In this document: positions 12,601 to 25,600 of the stretch, in pieces
Position numbering within the stretch: position 1 is the first letter of the stretch
How the letters are laid out: each line of letters starts with the position of its first letter
Assembly: GCA_032718475.1 (NCBI GenBank)
Contig: JAUCBJ010003757.1
Location: 1-64,000 of the forward strand
Origin: Nemertoderma westbladi
Taxonomy: Eukaryota; Animalia; Xenacoelomorpha
Direction of reading: 5' to 3'
Length of the DNA: 64,000 nucleotides
Made by a program: the position numbers and the translations under genes
The notes under the pieces: model-generated
The model's database searches: none
What the model saw: only the letters and a program-made list of their open reading frames with translations
What the model was told of the DNA's origin: nothing

Positions 12601-12767
12601 CATTTACTGTAGAAAATAACCCATGATGGTGAGCAGGCATTCATCTGGGAAACAATGGTTTACTACTGTATGGAAGATTACTACTGTATGGTGACCAGGC
12701 ATTCCTTGCCTTAATGAGTCTACAAAAATTATCCCATACGAATTCAACAATATACACCATCTTCCAA

Positions 12768-13499
12768 CAACAACCATTTTTAGCAAGTCGGAGAAAAGTC
12801 TAATTTTTCCGAACTTTCAATTTTCAAATTATTTAGCACCAACAAGCGGTTAAAATATCCCCATTTAGTAAGATTTAACCATCTCTGTTGGCTTTATTTT
12901 TCGTCTTTGGAATGAAATATCGCTTTCATTTGAACCGCCTGTAAATTCCGAACTTGAAAAACCGTTTTAAATTTCAATATCAACATCCGTAGATATTATC
13001 AAAATTCAAAGGTATACATTTTGACACGTATCGTGATAAAATTCTAATGTTTTTTTTACTCAATTCTAGAATATTAAATAAACATAATGAAGAAACAAGA
13101 GGCAGAATTTATACACTCAGATAATAAATAATAATTAATATTCTAGGAAAAAAGACAGAAAACATTAGCATTGTGTCGATTTACGTCTCAAAATATTACA
13201 TTAGATTTTTGATAAAATCTTTGGCAATTTTTGGTGAAATATAAAACGGTTTTAGGTTCGAATGTTATCTAGATTACATTCAAACGACGAAAAATAAAGC
13301 CAACAGAGATGGTTAAATATTGCTAAATAGGCAATTTCTAACGGATCGTTGTACAGCTAGTAGCTAAATTATTGAAAAATAAGATAAGATAAGTAAGAGC
13401 AGTAAGATGACGAGAAACTAAAATTCTTACCAAATTTCGTAGTATTTGATTTAAATTTGGAAAAAATCTCCGTCTTGCTAAAAATGGTTGTTGCTTTAA
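12768..13499. mobile_element. Palindromic MITE/fold-back element (~730 bp), possibly Kolobok-type
   Basis: CAACAACCATTTTTAGCAAGTCGGAGA pairs with TCTCCGTCTTGCTAAAAATGGTTGTTG. Internal pair TTTAACCATCTCTGTTGGCTTTATTTTTCGTC / GACGAAAAATAAAGCCAACAGAGATGGTTAAA. The right end terminates in CT+TTAA; the left terminus is not intact. Confidence 0.7.
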
Positions 13500-13934
13500 G
13501 GGATATTGATGTAATTATTAATTGTTCATCTTGACGTTCTAAGCTAAGGCAGAAAACGTATATACGGTGTACAGTATATGTTCTCCAAGCTCTAACAAGT
13601 ACAGTACTTAGGTCATATTAGCATGCGAAGTTTACTTCCAGCAAGTTCCTTTGGCTGTGTGAGGTGGTCTCAAAAAAATTAGCTGCAACAATTTTTTATA
13701 TGTGTGTCAATAAAGTCGAAAGTTCTTGCAGCAATATTTATAAAATTATTGAAAAAAAATTAAAAAGATTTTATTTTTGTGCTCACCGTAATGTGCAGGT
13801 AAACTGTGAATGATTGGGACTGTAAGGTGGATATGGAAAATTGCCGTGTCAAGGAAATAATGCTCGATCCGCACCTAAGGGTGTTTATTTCTTCGGTTCA
13901 AACTTACGATTTACGGAGGTTATTTGTATGTAAT

Positions 13935-14544
13935 AACTATCTACATACTTGTGTGTAAAGTTGTAGCACTTTACAGTGTGATGATCCGAGTGGCTTTGTT
14001 ACACGAACGAACGTTAGTGAGTGAGTGAAAATAAAGCCACGAGGATCAGAACACTGTTAAGTGCTTTGTAACAAGTATGTAGGCCTATGTAGTTTTATTC
14101 CAAAATTGTAACATTAAAAAATGATTGTATATATATTATAAGTGATAGAAACTGCACAAATTAAATTAGTTGTTGTATAAATAAATGTAAAAATGACATA
14201 AATTATGTTATAAATAAGTTTGCTTATATTTATCGCGGCGTTTGGAGCCATGTTATAATAACATAGCTAGGCCCTACTGGTTATTAATAGCTATACCCCG
14301 CCTAGCGTTAGGTAATGCAGTAGGCTGTCAGGCAAATTTACACCTATTGTTTACGTAGTAACCAATGACGGCGTTAAGTAATGTCCACTAAGGAGACATT
14401 ACTTAACCGACAACACCAAATACAATACTAAATGTACAGGCCAATACAATGCTGTAATGTCCTCCTCAAAAGTTGTAAAGTGCTAAATAACAACTCGCTG
14501 TTAATACAAGCGGAGTTGAGTAATGTTACAATTTTGGAATAAAC
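13935..14544. mobile_element. Non-autonomous element with two adjacent inverted-repeat pairs (Crypton-like architecture)
   Basis: Hairpin 13935-14095 centred on GAACGAACGTTAGTGAGTGAGTG. Second pair TTTATTCCAAAATTGTAACATT (~14095) / AATGTTACAATTTTGGAATAAA (~14522). The superfamily call is an inference. Confidence 0.5.
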
Positions 14545-15957
14545 AATTTTACAGAGACATTTGTTCCATTATATTTGCTCCATTGCGAGCTTCATCCATG
14601 TTTCTGGAGTGATTAATTTTATTTATATTATTTACACATACTGTTAGTATTAATATATTTACGTCCACCACTATAGGGTATTTGTCAATTAATTCACGAA
14701 CGTACTGTACAGTACAGTAGTATATGTTGTGGTTGTCACCCGAGGATGGCGGGGAGGGGGGGGGGGGGGGGGGGGGTTAAGCGGGCGAGGCAGGGGGTGG
14801 GGGCAAAGTAGTTAATATCGCCGATCGGTGCAAGTGAAACAAGTTACCTGGAACAATGTTGCGCTAGCAACATACAACGGTTTGTAGGAATCGCGCAATA
14901 ACTAAATGGCTGACAAACAGAAATGGCGGACAAACTGAAAACTTTATGGGGAATGGCCAAATGAAATAATATTTTATTACTTTCAAGTAAGACTGGGAAC
15001 TAGGAAATTGCATCTTTACTAAAACCTAGATTCAATAACTGCCGGCCTTTGTATCTTTGTACCTTTGCATAAGCGGTGGCATAGCTAAGGCCAACAGGTG
15101 GGTTGGTCTATAATAATTACTGTGCGTTGGATGGGTTTGGAACACATGGTTTACCCAAAAGCTACCCAGTAAACATTGTGTACAAGGACGTATATTATAA
15201 CCAGATCCCAGGATATATTCCGTCTTTAAATATTAATATCATATCTATTTGAATACAAATGAGAATTATTGTATTTATATTACCGTACACGTAGAAAACG
15301 GTATGATAAATTAGCATGCTGTAGTATTGTCACGCAGTATTGAACCATCGTAAATTGTTGTTATTGTTATCTCTACAGATCATATTACTTTGGTGAAATA
15401 CTTCGTCTCTTTTAAAACCAGGTTAGATAATAGAAATATGAAGCACCGTCGTAGCAAAAACAGCCCACACCGAAACTGTCTGTCTCCTGTATGATTTCAA
15501 TAACATACAATAATTTGTGAATTATTGTCATTATTATTACTATTTAGTGCGATCTGGGAATGGGAATGATTAGAACATAATGAAAGAACAGTTTAGTTAG
15601 GCCCGTTTCCGAAGTAGCTGCACATGCAGCTTTGTACTGCTTTTTCTAAAAAGGCCAGCTGCATTGCAGCTATGGAGTTTTTTTGGCATCTATTCTTGAT
15701 GCAGTTCCTGTTTGCAGCTCATTCGCGAATGGTGAAGCTGTTTGCGCAGCCGGACAGCTGCACACGTTTTATTAGTATACTATTTTTTTAAATTAAATTT
15801 ATTGTTCTTGAACAGTATACTTTATAATATCCAACGTGTTTTGCAATCAGCTGTGCACGCAAGTCGAGCGTTGTTACAGGTTCCTTCCGATGAAATAATT
15901 CATGTATCTAACCGATTTAGGTAACCAGACGATATATTCACCAGACCATCAATCAAC

Positions 15958-16059
15958 ATGTGTACCTCATTAATGGTACTTACGAAGAAATTCTGTGACT
16001 GTGTACGCCGCGTTCCTGAAGGACATTGCGCAAAGTGCAGAAGCAGAATCGACGGAACG
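15958..16059 (+). CDS. PXN: Paxillin-family LIM protein, first visible coding exon (start of LIM1)
   Basis: CAAC-ATG start; ...VPEGHCAKCRSRIDGT matches the paxillin KGxCxxCxxPIxGQ pattern. Donor ACG|GTAGGT (phase 0) joins in frame to [11 protein letters not shown]. The exact 5' boundary is uncertain (acceptor candidates end at 15920 and 15928). Confidence 0.75.
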
Positions 16060-17966
16060 GTAGGTCCTCCTAGAACCGAAGGAATGGTAGGTCCTCCTAG
16101 AACCAACGGAATGGTAGGTCCTCCTAGAACCAAAGGAATGGTAGGTCCTCCTAGAACAAAAGGAATGGTAGGTCCTCCTAGAACCAAAGGAATGGTAGGT
16201 CCTCCTAGAACCAAAGGAATGGTAGGTCCTCCTAGAACCAAAGGAATGGTAGGTCCTCCTAGAACCAAAGGAATGGTAGGTCCTCCTAGAACCAAAGGAA
16301 TGGTAGGTCCTCCTAGAAATGAAGGAATGGTAGGTCCTCCTAGAACCAAAGGAATGGTAGGTTCTCCTAGAACCAAAGGAATGGTAGGTTCTCCTAGAAC
16401 CAAAGGAATGGTAGGTTCTCCTAGAACCAAAGGAATGGTAGGTCCTCATAGAACCAAAAGAATTGTAGGTCCTCCTAGAACCAAAGGAATGGTAGGTTCT
16501 CCTAGAACCAAAGGAATGGTAGGTCCTCCTAGAACCAAAGGAATGGTAGGTTCTCCTAGAACCAAAGGAATGGTAGATCCTCATAGAACAAAAGTGATGG
16601 TAGGTCCTTCTAGAACAAAAGGAATGGTAGGTCCTCCTAGAACCAAAGGAATGGTAGGTCCTCCTAGAGCGAAAGGAATGGTAGGTCCTCCTAGAACCAA
16701 AGGAATGGTAGGTATAGGTCCTCCTAGAACCAAAGGAATGGTAGGTCCTCCTAGAACCAAAGGAATGGTAGGTTCTCCTAGAACCAAAGGAATGGTAGGT
16801 CCTCATAGAACAAAAGTGATGGTAGGTCCTTCTAGAACAAAAGGAATGGTAGGTCCTCCTAGAACCAAAGGAATGGTAGGTCCTCATAGAACCAAAGTGA
16901 TGGTAGGTCCTCCTAGAACCGAAGGAATGGTAGGTCCTCCTAGAACCAAAGGAATGGTAGGTTATCCTAGAACCAAAGGAATGGTAGGTCCTCATAGAAC
17001 AAAAGTGATGGTAGGTCCTTCTAGAACAAAAGGAATGGTAGGTCCTCCTAGAACCAAATGAATGGTAGGTCCTCCTAGAACAAAAGGAATGGTAGGTCCT
17101 CCTAGAACCAAAGGAATGGTAGGTCCTCCTAGAACCAAAGGAATAGTAGGTCCTCATAGAACCAAAGTGATGGTAGGTCCTTCTAGAACAAAAGGAATGG
17201 TAGGTCCTCCTTGAACTGAAGGAATGTTAGATCCTCCTAGTACCAAAGGAATGGTAGGTCCTCCCCTAGAACAGAATGACTGGTAGGTCCTCCTAGTACC
17301 AAAGGAATGGTAGGTCCTCCCCTAGAACAGAATGAATGGTAGGTCCTCCTAGTACCAAAGGAATGGTAGGTCCTCCCCTAGAACAGAATGAATGGTAGGT
17401 CCTCCTAGAACAAAAGGAATGGTAGGTCCTCCTAGAACCAAAGGAATGGTAGGTCCTCCTAGAACCAAAGGAATTGTAGGTCCTCCTAGAACTGAAGGAA
17501 TGGTAGGTCCTTTAGAACCAAAGGAATGGTAGGTCTTCCTAGAACAAAAGGAATGGTAGGTCCTCCTAGATCCAAAGGAATAGTAGGTCCTCCTATAACT
17601 GAATGAATGGTAGGTCCTCCTAGAACCAAAGGAATGGTAGGTCCTCTTAGAACTGAAGGAATGGTAGGTCCTCCTAGAACTGAAGGAATGGTAGATCCTC
17701 CTAGTACCAAAGGAATGGTAGGTCCTCATAGAACCAAAAGAATGGTAGGTCCTCCTAGAACCAAAAAAATGGTAGGTTCTCCTAGAACCAAAGGAATGGT
17801 AGGTTCTCCTAGAACCAAAGGAATGGTAGGTTCTCCTAGAACCAAAGGAATGGTAGGTTCTCCTAGAACCAAAGGAATGGTAGGTCCTCCTAGAACCAAA
17901 GGAATGGTAGGTTCTCCTAGAACCAAAGGAATGGCGGTAGGTCCTCATAGAACAAAAGTGATGGTA

Positions 17967-19699
17967 CTACTACTAGGATCGGCATGCTGCATTGCAGCTG
18001 CATTTTTAAGAACGCTGTGCCGGCTTGTCAACAAAATTGCACCGCCACAACTCCCTATCACCCATGACATTTGCTAGATCATCCGCATCTTTAAGGCCAG
18101 TGTCCTTTAAGATGCGTCTCAAGAAAGTCATGGGCTGTCCACCATGCTTATTCACTCCATGAGGCTGCCAAAGTACAAGATTATGCACTGGCTGGTCCTC
18201 AAGGCGAAAGCAATGTCCTGCAAAGCGGAGGCGATTTTGTTCTAGTGTCAAGCTTGGGGGAACCAATGAGACACCTCCAATGTTATATAGTGTCTGGTTG
18301 GAGATGTGTGCATTGTACTTGACACAATGAACCCGGCGTAGCATTCTTGTGAATGTGCCATCCAGAGATTTGGTGTCCTCAGCAGTTAGAGCCCAGCATG
18401 GACTCCCGTAGAGGAGTACTGGAACTACTGCTGCTCTAAATAATCGGACCTTAAGTTTCCGATTAATTCTCGGTGACTTCCAAATCCTGGAAAGCCTATT
18501 CAAGGCTTCCCATGCCTTTCCCTTACGTATTCGAAGGTCCTCACCTGACTTCCGGATCCATGATCCCAGGTAACAGAAGTCGTCCACATGCTCAAGCATA
18601 CCATCCTTTGAGCTTACGCTCATCCGATCAGAGACTTGCTGAGGACTTTCAAAGTTAACTGTCAGAATTTTGGTCTTTCTGGAGTTAATAAAAAGACCAA
18701 CACTAGAAGCAGCATGTTCTAATGAGCTGAGGAGCCGTTGGGCTCCCTCTAATGATTCTGAGAGTACTCCTAAGTCATCAGCAAAGTCTAGATCAGTTAG
18801 GTACTTGGCAGGATTTCCTCGACTTCTGGAGCCAGTAGGTGGAGTTATCATCACCCCATCATCATTATAATGATCTAAGGACATGCGTAGAACATAGTCA
18901 ACCACAATAATGAACAAGAATGGTGCAAGTGTGTCTCCTTGGAGGACGCCCCATAACACTTCAAATGGTTCTGTGTCACCATCAACAGTAGACACAAATG
19001 TTGTCGAACCATCGTATACTGATCTGATTGCTGCAATAATTTCATCAGGAATCCCATATAATGAAAGTATGCTGAACATACGTGAGCGAGAGACTGAATC
19101 AAAGGCCTTGAAGAAGTCAACAAAGATAACAGCCAGATGCCTGTCTTTCTTTTTTGATAACTCTTCAATTATCCTTCTAAGTGCCAAAATGGGCTCCATG
19201 GTCCCACGACCTTTACGGAATCCATTCTGATTTCCACGGAGCAGTCTCTCAATGGGATCCCTGATGCGATTTAATAGAATCCTATTGTATAGCTTTGCAG
19301 CAATCGAGATCAATGAGATTCCCCGAAAAGAACCATAGAGTGTTAGGTTGCCCTTCTTGGGAACTGGCACCAACTTATTTGTTTTCATTTCTTGTGGGAC
19401 TCTTGTTGTTCGGTACATGTCTACTATGATGGGATAGATGAGCTTTAAACACTCAGGTATTTTAAAGACCTCAGGGGGAACACCATCTACTCCTCTGGCA
19501 CGATTGGTCTTAATGCTCTTTGCAGCAGCCTTCACTTCTGCAAAGAAGATATCGCCAGTGGGAATATCTGGGAGTACAGACTCAGACACTTTTACTTCTG
19601 TAAAGTTATCAGGCAATACCCTGTCATTATTGAGGAGCTTTTCAAAGTGGGCTTTCCAACCATTGAGGCGATCGGCTGGTGATTCAGCCTTAACCTGAT
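17967..19699 (-). mobile_element. 5'-truncated RTE-clade non-LTR retrotransposon with 9 bp TSD GTGATGGTA and (TAG)n tail
   Basis: TSD at 17958-17966 and 19700-19708. The 3' end reads GATCCTAGTAGTAG on the minus strand. No endonuclease domain is present. Confidence 0.92.
18006..19616 (-). CDS. Reverse transcriptase (C-terminal part of the RTE ORF, open and stop-free up to the 5' truncation point)
   Basis: Motifs KKGNL..FRGISL, QNGFRKGRGT, FVDFFKAFDSV, GVLQGDTLAPFLF, DFADD, FCYLGS, LLYGS, RLRFAGHC. Confidence 0.93.
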   Translation of the reverse strand: MPDNFTEVKVSESVLPDIPTGDIFFAEVKAAAKSIKTNRARGVDGVPPEVFKIPECLKLIYPIIVDMYRTTRVPQEMKTNKLVPVPKKGNLTLYGSFRGISLISIAAKLYNRILLNRIRDPIERLLRGNQNGFRKGRGTMEPILALRRIIEELSKKKDRHLAVIFVDFFKAFDSVSRSRMFSILSLYGIPDEIIAAIRSVYDGSTTFVSTVDGDTEPFEVLWGVLQGDTLAPFLFIIVVDYVLRMSLDHYNDDGVMITPPTGSRSRGNPAKYLTDLDFADDLGVLSESLEGAQRLLSSLEHAASSVGLFINSRKTKILTVNFESPQQVSDRMSVSSKDGMLEHVDDFCYLGSWIRKSGEDLRIRKGKAWEALNRLSRIWKSPRINRKLKVRLFRAAVVPVLLYGSPCWALTAEDTKSLDGTFTRMLRRVHCVKYNAHISNQTLYNIGGVSLVPPSLTLEQNRLRFAGHCFRLEDQPVHNLVLWQPHGVNKHGGQPMTFLRRILKDTGLKDADDLANVMGDRELWRCNFVDKPAQRS

Positions 19700-22600
19700 G
19701 TGATGGTAGGTCCTTCTAGAACAAAAGGAATGGTAGGTCCTCCTAGAACCAAAGGAATGGTAGGTCCTCCTAGAACCAAAGGAATGGTAGGTTCTCCTAG
19801 AACCAAAGGAATGGTAGGTCCTCATAGAACAAAAGTGATGGTAGGTCCTTCTAGAACAAAAGGAATGGTAGGTCCTCCTAGAACCAAAGGAATGGTAGGT
19901 CCTCATAGAACCAAAGTGATGGTAGGTCCTCCTAGAACCGAAGGAATGGTAGGTCCTCCTAGAACCAAAGGAATGGTAGGTTATCCTAGAACCAAAGGAA
20001 TGGTAGGTCCTCATAGAACAAAAGTGATGGTAGGTCCTTCTAGAACAAAAGGAATGGTAGGTCCTCCTAGAACCAAATGAATGGTAGGTCCTCCTAGAAC
20101 AAAAGGAATGGTAGGTCCTCCTAGAACCAAAGGAATGGTAGGTCCTCCTAGAACCAAAGGAATGGTAGGTCCTCATAGAACCAAAGTGATGGTAGGTCCT
20201 TCTAGAACAAAAGGAATGGTAGGTCCTCCTTGAACTGAAGGAATGTTAGATCCTCCTAGTACCAAAGGAATGGTAGGTCCTCCCCTAGAACAGAATGACT
20301 GGTAGGTCCTCCTAGTACCAAAGGAATGGTAGGTCCTCCCCGAGAACAGAATGAATGGTAGGTCCTCCTAGTACCAAAGGAATGGTAGGTCCTCCCCTAG
20401 AACAGAATGAATGGTAGGTCCTCCTAGAACAAAAGGAATGGTAGGTCCTCCTAGAACCAAAGGAATGGTAGGTCCTCCTAGAACCAAAGGAATTGTAGGT
20501 CCTCCTAGAACTGAAGGAATGGTAGGTCCTTTAGAACCAAAGGAATGGTAGGTCTTCCTAGAACAAAAGGAATGGTAGGTCCTCCTAGATCCAAAGGAAT
20601 AGTAGGTCCTCCTATAACTGAATGAATGGTAGGTCCTCCTAGAACCAAAGGAATGGTAGGTCCTCTTAGAACTGAAGGAATGGTAGGTCCTCCTAGAACT
20701 GAAGGAATGGTAGATCCTCCTAGTACCAAAGGAATGGTAGGTCCTCATAGAACCAAAAGAATGGTAGGTCCACCTAGAACCAAAAAAATGGTAGGTTCTC
20801 CTAGAACCAAAGGAATGGTAGGTCCTCATAGAACCAAAAGAATGGTAGGTCCTCCTAGAACCAAAGGAATGGTAGGTTCTCCTAGAACCAAAGGAATGGT
20901 AGGTTCTCCTAGAACCAAAGGAATGGTAGGTCCTTTAGAACCAAAGGAATGGTAGGTCCTCCTAGAACAAAAGGAATGGTAGGTCCTCATAGAACCAAAG
21001 GAATGGTAGGTCCTCATAGAACCAAAGGAATGGTAGGTCCTTTAGAACCAAAGGAATGGTAGGTCCTCCTAGAACAAAAGGAATGGTAGGTCCTCATAGA
21101 ACCAAAGGAATGGTAGGTCCTCCTATAACTGAATGAATGGTAGGTTCTCCTAGAACCAAAGTAATGGTAGGTCCTCCTAGAACCAAAGGAATGGTAGGTC
21201 CTCCTAGAACCAAAGGAATGGTAGGTCCTCCTAGAACCAAAGGAATGGTAGGTCCTCCTAGAACGGAAAGAATGGTAGGTCCTCCTAGAACCAAAGGAAT
21301 GGTAGGTCCTCCTATAACTGAATGAATGGTAGGTCCTCCTAGAACTAAAGGAATGGTAGGTCCTCCTAGAACCAAAGGAATTGTAGGTCCTCCTAGAACC
21401 AAAGGAATGGTAGGTCCTCCTAGAAACAAAGGAATGGTAGGTCCTCCTAGAATCAAAGGAATGGTAGGTCCTCCTATAACTGAATGAATAGTAGGTCCTC
21501 CTAGAACCAAAGGAATGGTAGGTCCTCCTAGAACAAAAGGAATGGTAGGTCCTCCTAGAACCAAAGGAATGGTTGGTGTAGGTCCTCCTAGAACCAAAGG
21601 AATGGTAGGTCTTCCTAGAACCAAAGGAATGGTAGGTCCTCCTAGAACCAAAGGAATTGTAGGTCCTCCTAGAACAAAAGGAATGGTAGGTCCTCCTAGA
21701 ACCAAAGGAATGGTAGGTCCTCCTAGAATCAAATGAATGGTAGGTCCTCCTAGAACCAAAGGAATGGTAGGTCCTCCTATAACTGAATGAATGGCAGGTC
21801 CTCCTAGAACCAAAGGAATGGTAGGTCCTCCTAGAACCAAAGGAATGGTAGGTCCTCCTAGAACCAAAGGAATGGTAGGTCCTGCTATAACTGAATGAAT
21901 GGTAGGTCCTCCTAGAACCAAAGGAATGGTAGGTCCTCCTAGAACCAAAGGAATGGTAGGTCCTCCTATAACTGAATGAATGGTAGGTCCTCCTAGAACC
22001 AAAGGAATGGTAGGTCCTCCTAGAACCAAAGGAATGGTAGGTCCTCCTAGAACCAAAGGAATGGTAGGTCCTCCTAGAACAAAAGGAATGGTAGGTCCTC
22101 CTAGAACCAAAGGAATGGTTTGTGTAGGTCCTCCTAGAACCAAAGGAATGGTAGGTCCTGCTATAACTGAATGAATGGTAGGTCCTCCTAGAACCAAAGG
22201 AATGGTAGGTCCTCCTAGAACCAAAGGAATGGTAGGTCCTCCTATAACTGAATGAATGGTAGGTCCTCCTAGAACCAAAGGAATTGTAGGTCTTCCTAGA
22301 ACCAAAGGAATGGTAGGTCCTCCTAGAACCAAATGAATTGTAGGTCCTCCTAGAACCAAAGGAATGGTAGGTCCTCATAGAACAAAAGTGATGGTAGGTC
22401 CTTCTAGAACAAAAGGAATGGTAGGTCCTCCTAGAACCAAAGGAATGGTAGGTCCTCCTAGAATCAAAGGAATGGTAGGTCCTCCTAGAACCAAAGGAAT
22501 GGTAGGTCCTCCTATAACTGAATGAATGGTAGGTCCTCCTAGAACCAAAGGAATGGTAGGTCCTCCTAGAACCAAAGGAATGGTAGGTCCTCCTAGAACC

Positions 22601-25600
22601 AAAGGAATGGTAGGTCCTGCTATAACTGAATGAATGGTAGGTCCTGCTAGAACAAAATGAATGGTAGGTCCTCCTAGAAAAAAGGAATGGTAGGTCCTCC
22701 TAGAACCAAAGGAATGGTAGGTCCTGCTATAACTGAATGAATGGTAGGTCCTCCCAGAACCAAAGGAATGGTAGGTCCTCCTAGAACCAAAGGAATGGTA
22801 GGTCCTCCTATAACTGAATGAATGGTAGGTCCTCCTAGAACCAAAGGAATGGTAGGTCCTCCCCTAGAACAGAATGAATGGTACGTCCTCCTAGAACCAA
22901 AGGAATGGTAGGTACTCATAGAATCGAAAGAACGGTAGTTCCCCTAGAACAAAAGGAATGGTAGGTTCCCCTAGAACAAAAGGAATGATAGGTCCTCCTA
23001 GAACCAAAGGAATGGTAGGTCCTCCAAGAAGAAAAGGAATGGTAGGTCCTCCTAGAACCAAAGGAATGGTAGGTTCTCCTATTACTGAATGAGTGGTAGG
23101 TTCTCCTAGAACCAAAGGAATGGTAGGTCCTCCTAGAACTGAAGGAATGGTAGGTCCTCCTAGAACTGAAGGAATGGTAGGTCCTCCTAGAACTGAAGGA
23201 ATGGTAGGTCCTCCTAGAACTGAAGGAATGGTAGGTCCTCCTAGAACTGAAGGAATGGTAGGTCCTCCTAGAACTGAAGGAATGGTAGGTCCTCCTAGAA
23301 CAAAAGGAATGGTAGGTCTTCCTAGAACCAAAGGAATGGTAGGTCCTCCTAGAACTGAAGGAATGGTAGGTCCTCCTAGAACCAAAGGAATGGTAGGTTT
23401 TCCTAGAACCAGAGGAATGGTAGGTCGTCCTGTAACTGAAGGAATGGTAGGTCCTCCTTGAACTGAAAGAATGGTAGGTCCTCCTAGAACAAAAGGAATG
23501 GTAGGTCCTCCTAGAACTGAAGGAATGGTAGGTCCTCCTAGAACCAAAGGAATGGTTTGTGTAGGTCCTCCTAGAACCAAAGGAATGGTAGGTCCTGCTA
23601 TAACTGAATGAATGGTAGGTCCTCCTAGAACAAAAGGAATGGTAGGTCCTCCTAGAACTGAAGGAATGGTAGGTCCTCCTAGAACCAAAGGAATGGTAGG
23701 TTTTCTTAGAACCAGAAGAATGGTAGGTCGTCCTGTAACTGAAGGAATGGTAGGTCCTCCTTGAACTGAAAGAATGGTAGGTCCTCCTAGAACAAAAGGA
23801 ATGGTAGGTCCTCCTAGAACTGAAGGAATGGTAGGTCCTCCTAGAACCAAAGGAATGGTTTGTGTAGGTCCTCCTAGAACCAAAGGAATGGTAGGTCCTG
23901 CTATAACTGAATGAATGGTAGGTCCTCCTAGAACCAAAGGAATGGTAGGTCCTCCTATAACTGAATGAATGGTAGGTCCTCCTAGAACCAAAGGAATTGT
24001 AGGTCTTCCTAGAACCAAAGGAATGGTAGGTCCTCCTAGAACCAAATGAATTGTAGGTCCTCCTAGAACCAAGGAATGGTAGGTCCCCATAGAACAAAAG
24101 TGATGGTAGGTCCTTCTAGAACAAAAGCAATGGTAGGTCCTCCTAGAACCAAAGGAATGGTAGGTCCTCCTAGAATCAAAGGAATGGTAGGTCCTCCTAG
24201 AACCAAAGGAATGGTAGGTCCTCCTAGAACAAAAGGAATGGTAGGTCCTCCTAGAACTGAAGGAATGGTAGGTCCTCCTAGAACCAAAGGAATGGTTTGT
24301 GTAGGTCCTCCTAGAACCAAAGGAATGGTAGGTCCTGCTATAACTGAATGAATGGTAGGTCCTCCTAGAACCAAAGGAATGGTAGGTCCTCCTATAACTG
24401 AATGAATGGTAGGTCCTCCTAGAACCAAAGGAATTGTAGGTCTTCCTAGAACCAAAGGAATGGTAGGTCCTCCTAGAACCAAATGAATTGTAGGTCCTCC
24501 TAGAACCAAAGGAATGGTAGGTCCTCATAGAACAAAAGTGATGGTAGGTCCTTCTAGAACAAAAGCAATGGTAGGTCCTCCTAGAACCAAAGGAATGGTA
24601 GGTCCTCCTAGAATCAAAGGAATGGTAGGTTCTCCTAGAACCAAAGGAATGGTAGGTTATCCTAGAACCAAAGGAATGGTAGGTACTCCTATAACTGAAT
24701 GAATGGTAGGTCCTCCTAGAACCAAAGGAATGGTAGGTCCTCCTAGAACCAAAGGAATGGTAGGTCCTCCTAGAACCAAAGGAATGGTAGGTTCTGCTAT
24801 AACTGAATGAATGGTAGGTCCTCCTAGAACAAAATGAATGGTAGGTCCTCCTAGAACCAAAGGAATGGTAGGTCCTCCTAGAACCAAAGGAATGGTAGGT
24901 CCTGCTATAACTGAATGAATGGTAGGTCCTCCCAGAACCAAAGGAATGGTAGGTCCTCCTAGAACCAAAGGAATGGTAGGTCCTCCCAGAACCAAAGGAA
25001 TGGTAGGTCCTCCTAGAACCAAAGGAATGGTAGGTCCTCCTATAACTGAATGAATGGTAGGTCCTCCTAGAACCAAAGGAATGGTAGGTCCTCCCCTAGA
25101 ACAGAATGAATGGTACGTCCTCCTAGAACCAAAGGAATGGTAGGTACTCATAGAATCGAAAGAACGGTAGTTCCCCCTAGAACAAAAGGAATGGTAGGTT
25201 CCCCTAGAACAAAAGGAATGGTAGGTCCTCCTAGAACCAAAGGAATGGTAGGTCCTCCAAGAAGAAAAGGAATGGTAGGTCCTCCTAGAACCAAAGGAAT
25301 GGTAGGTTCTCCTATTACTGAATGAGTGGTAGGTTCTCCTAGAACCAAAGGAATGGTAGGTCCTCCTAGAACTGAAGGAATGGTAGGTCCTCCTAGAACT
25401 GAAGGAATGGTAGGTCCTCCTAGAACTGAAGGAATGGTAGGTCCTCCTAGAACTGAAGGAATGGTAGGTCTTCCTAGAACTGAAGGAATGGTAGGTCCTC
25501 CTAGAACTGAAGGAATGGTAGGTCCTCCTAGAACAAAAGGAATGGTAGGTCTTCCTAGAACCAAAGGAATGTTAGGTCCTCCTAGAACTGAAGGAATGGT

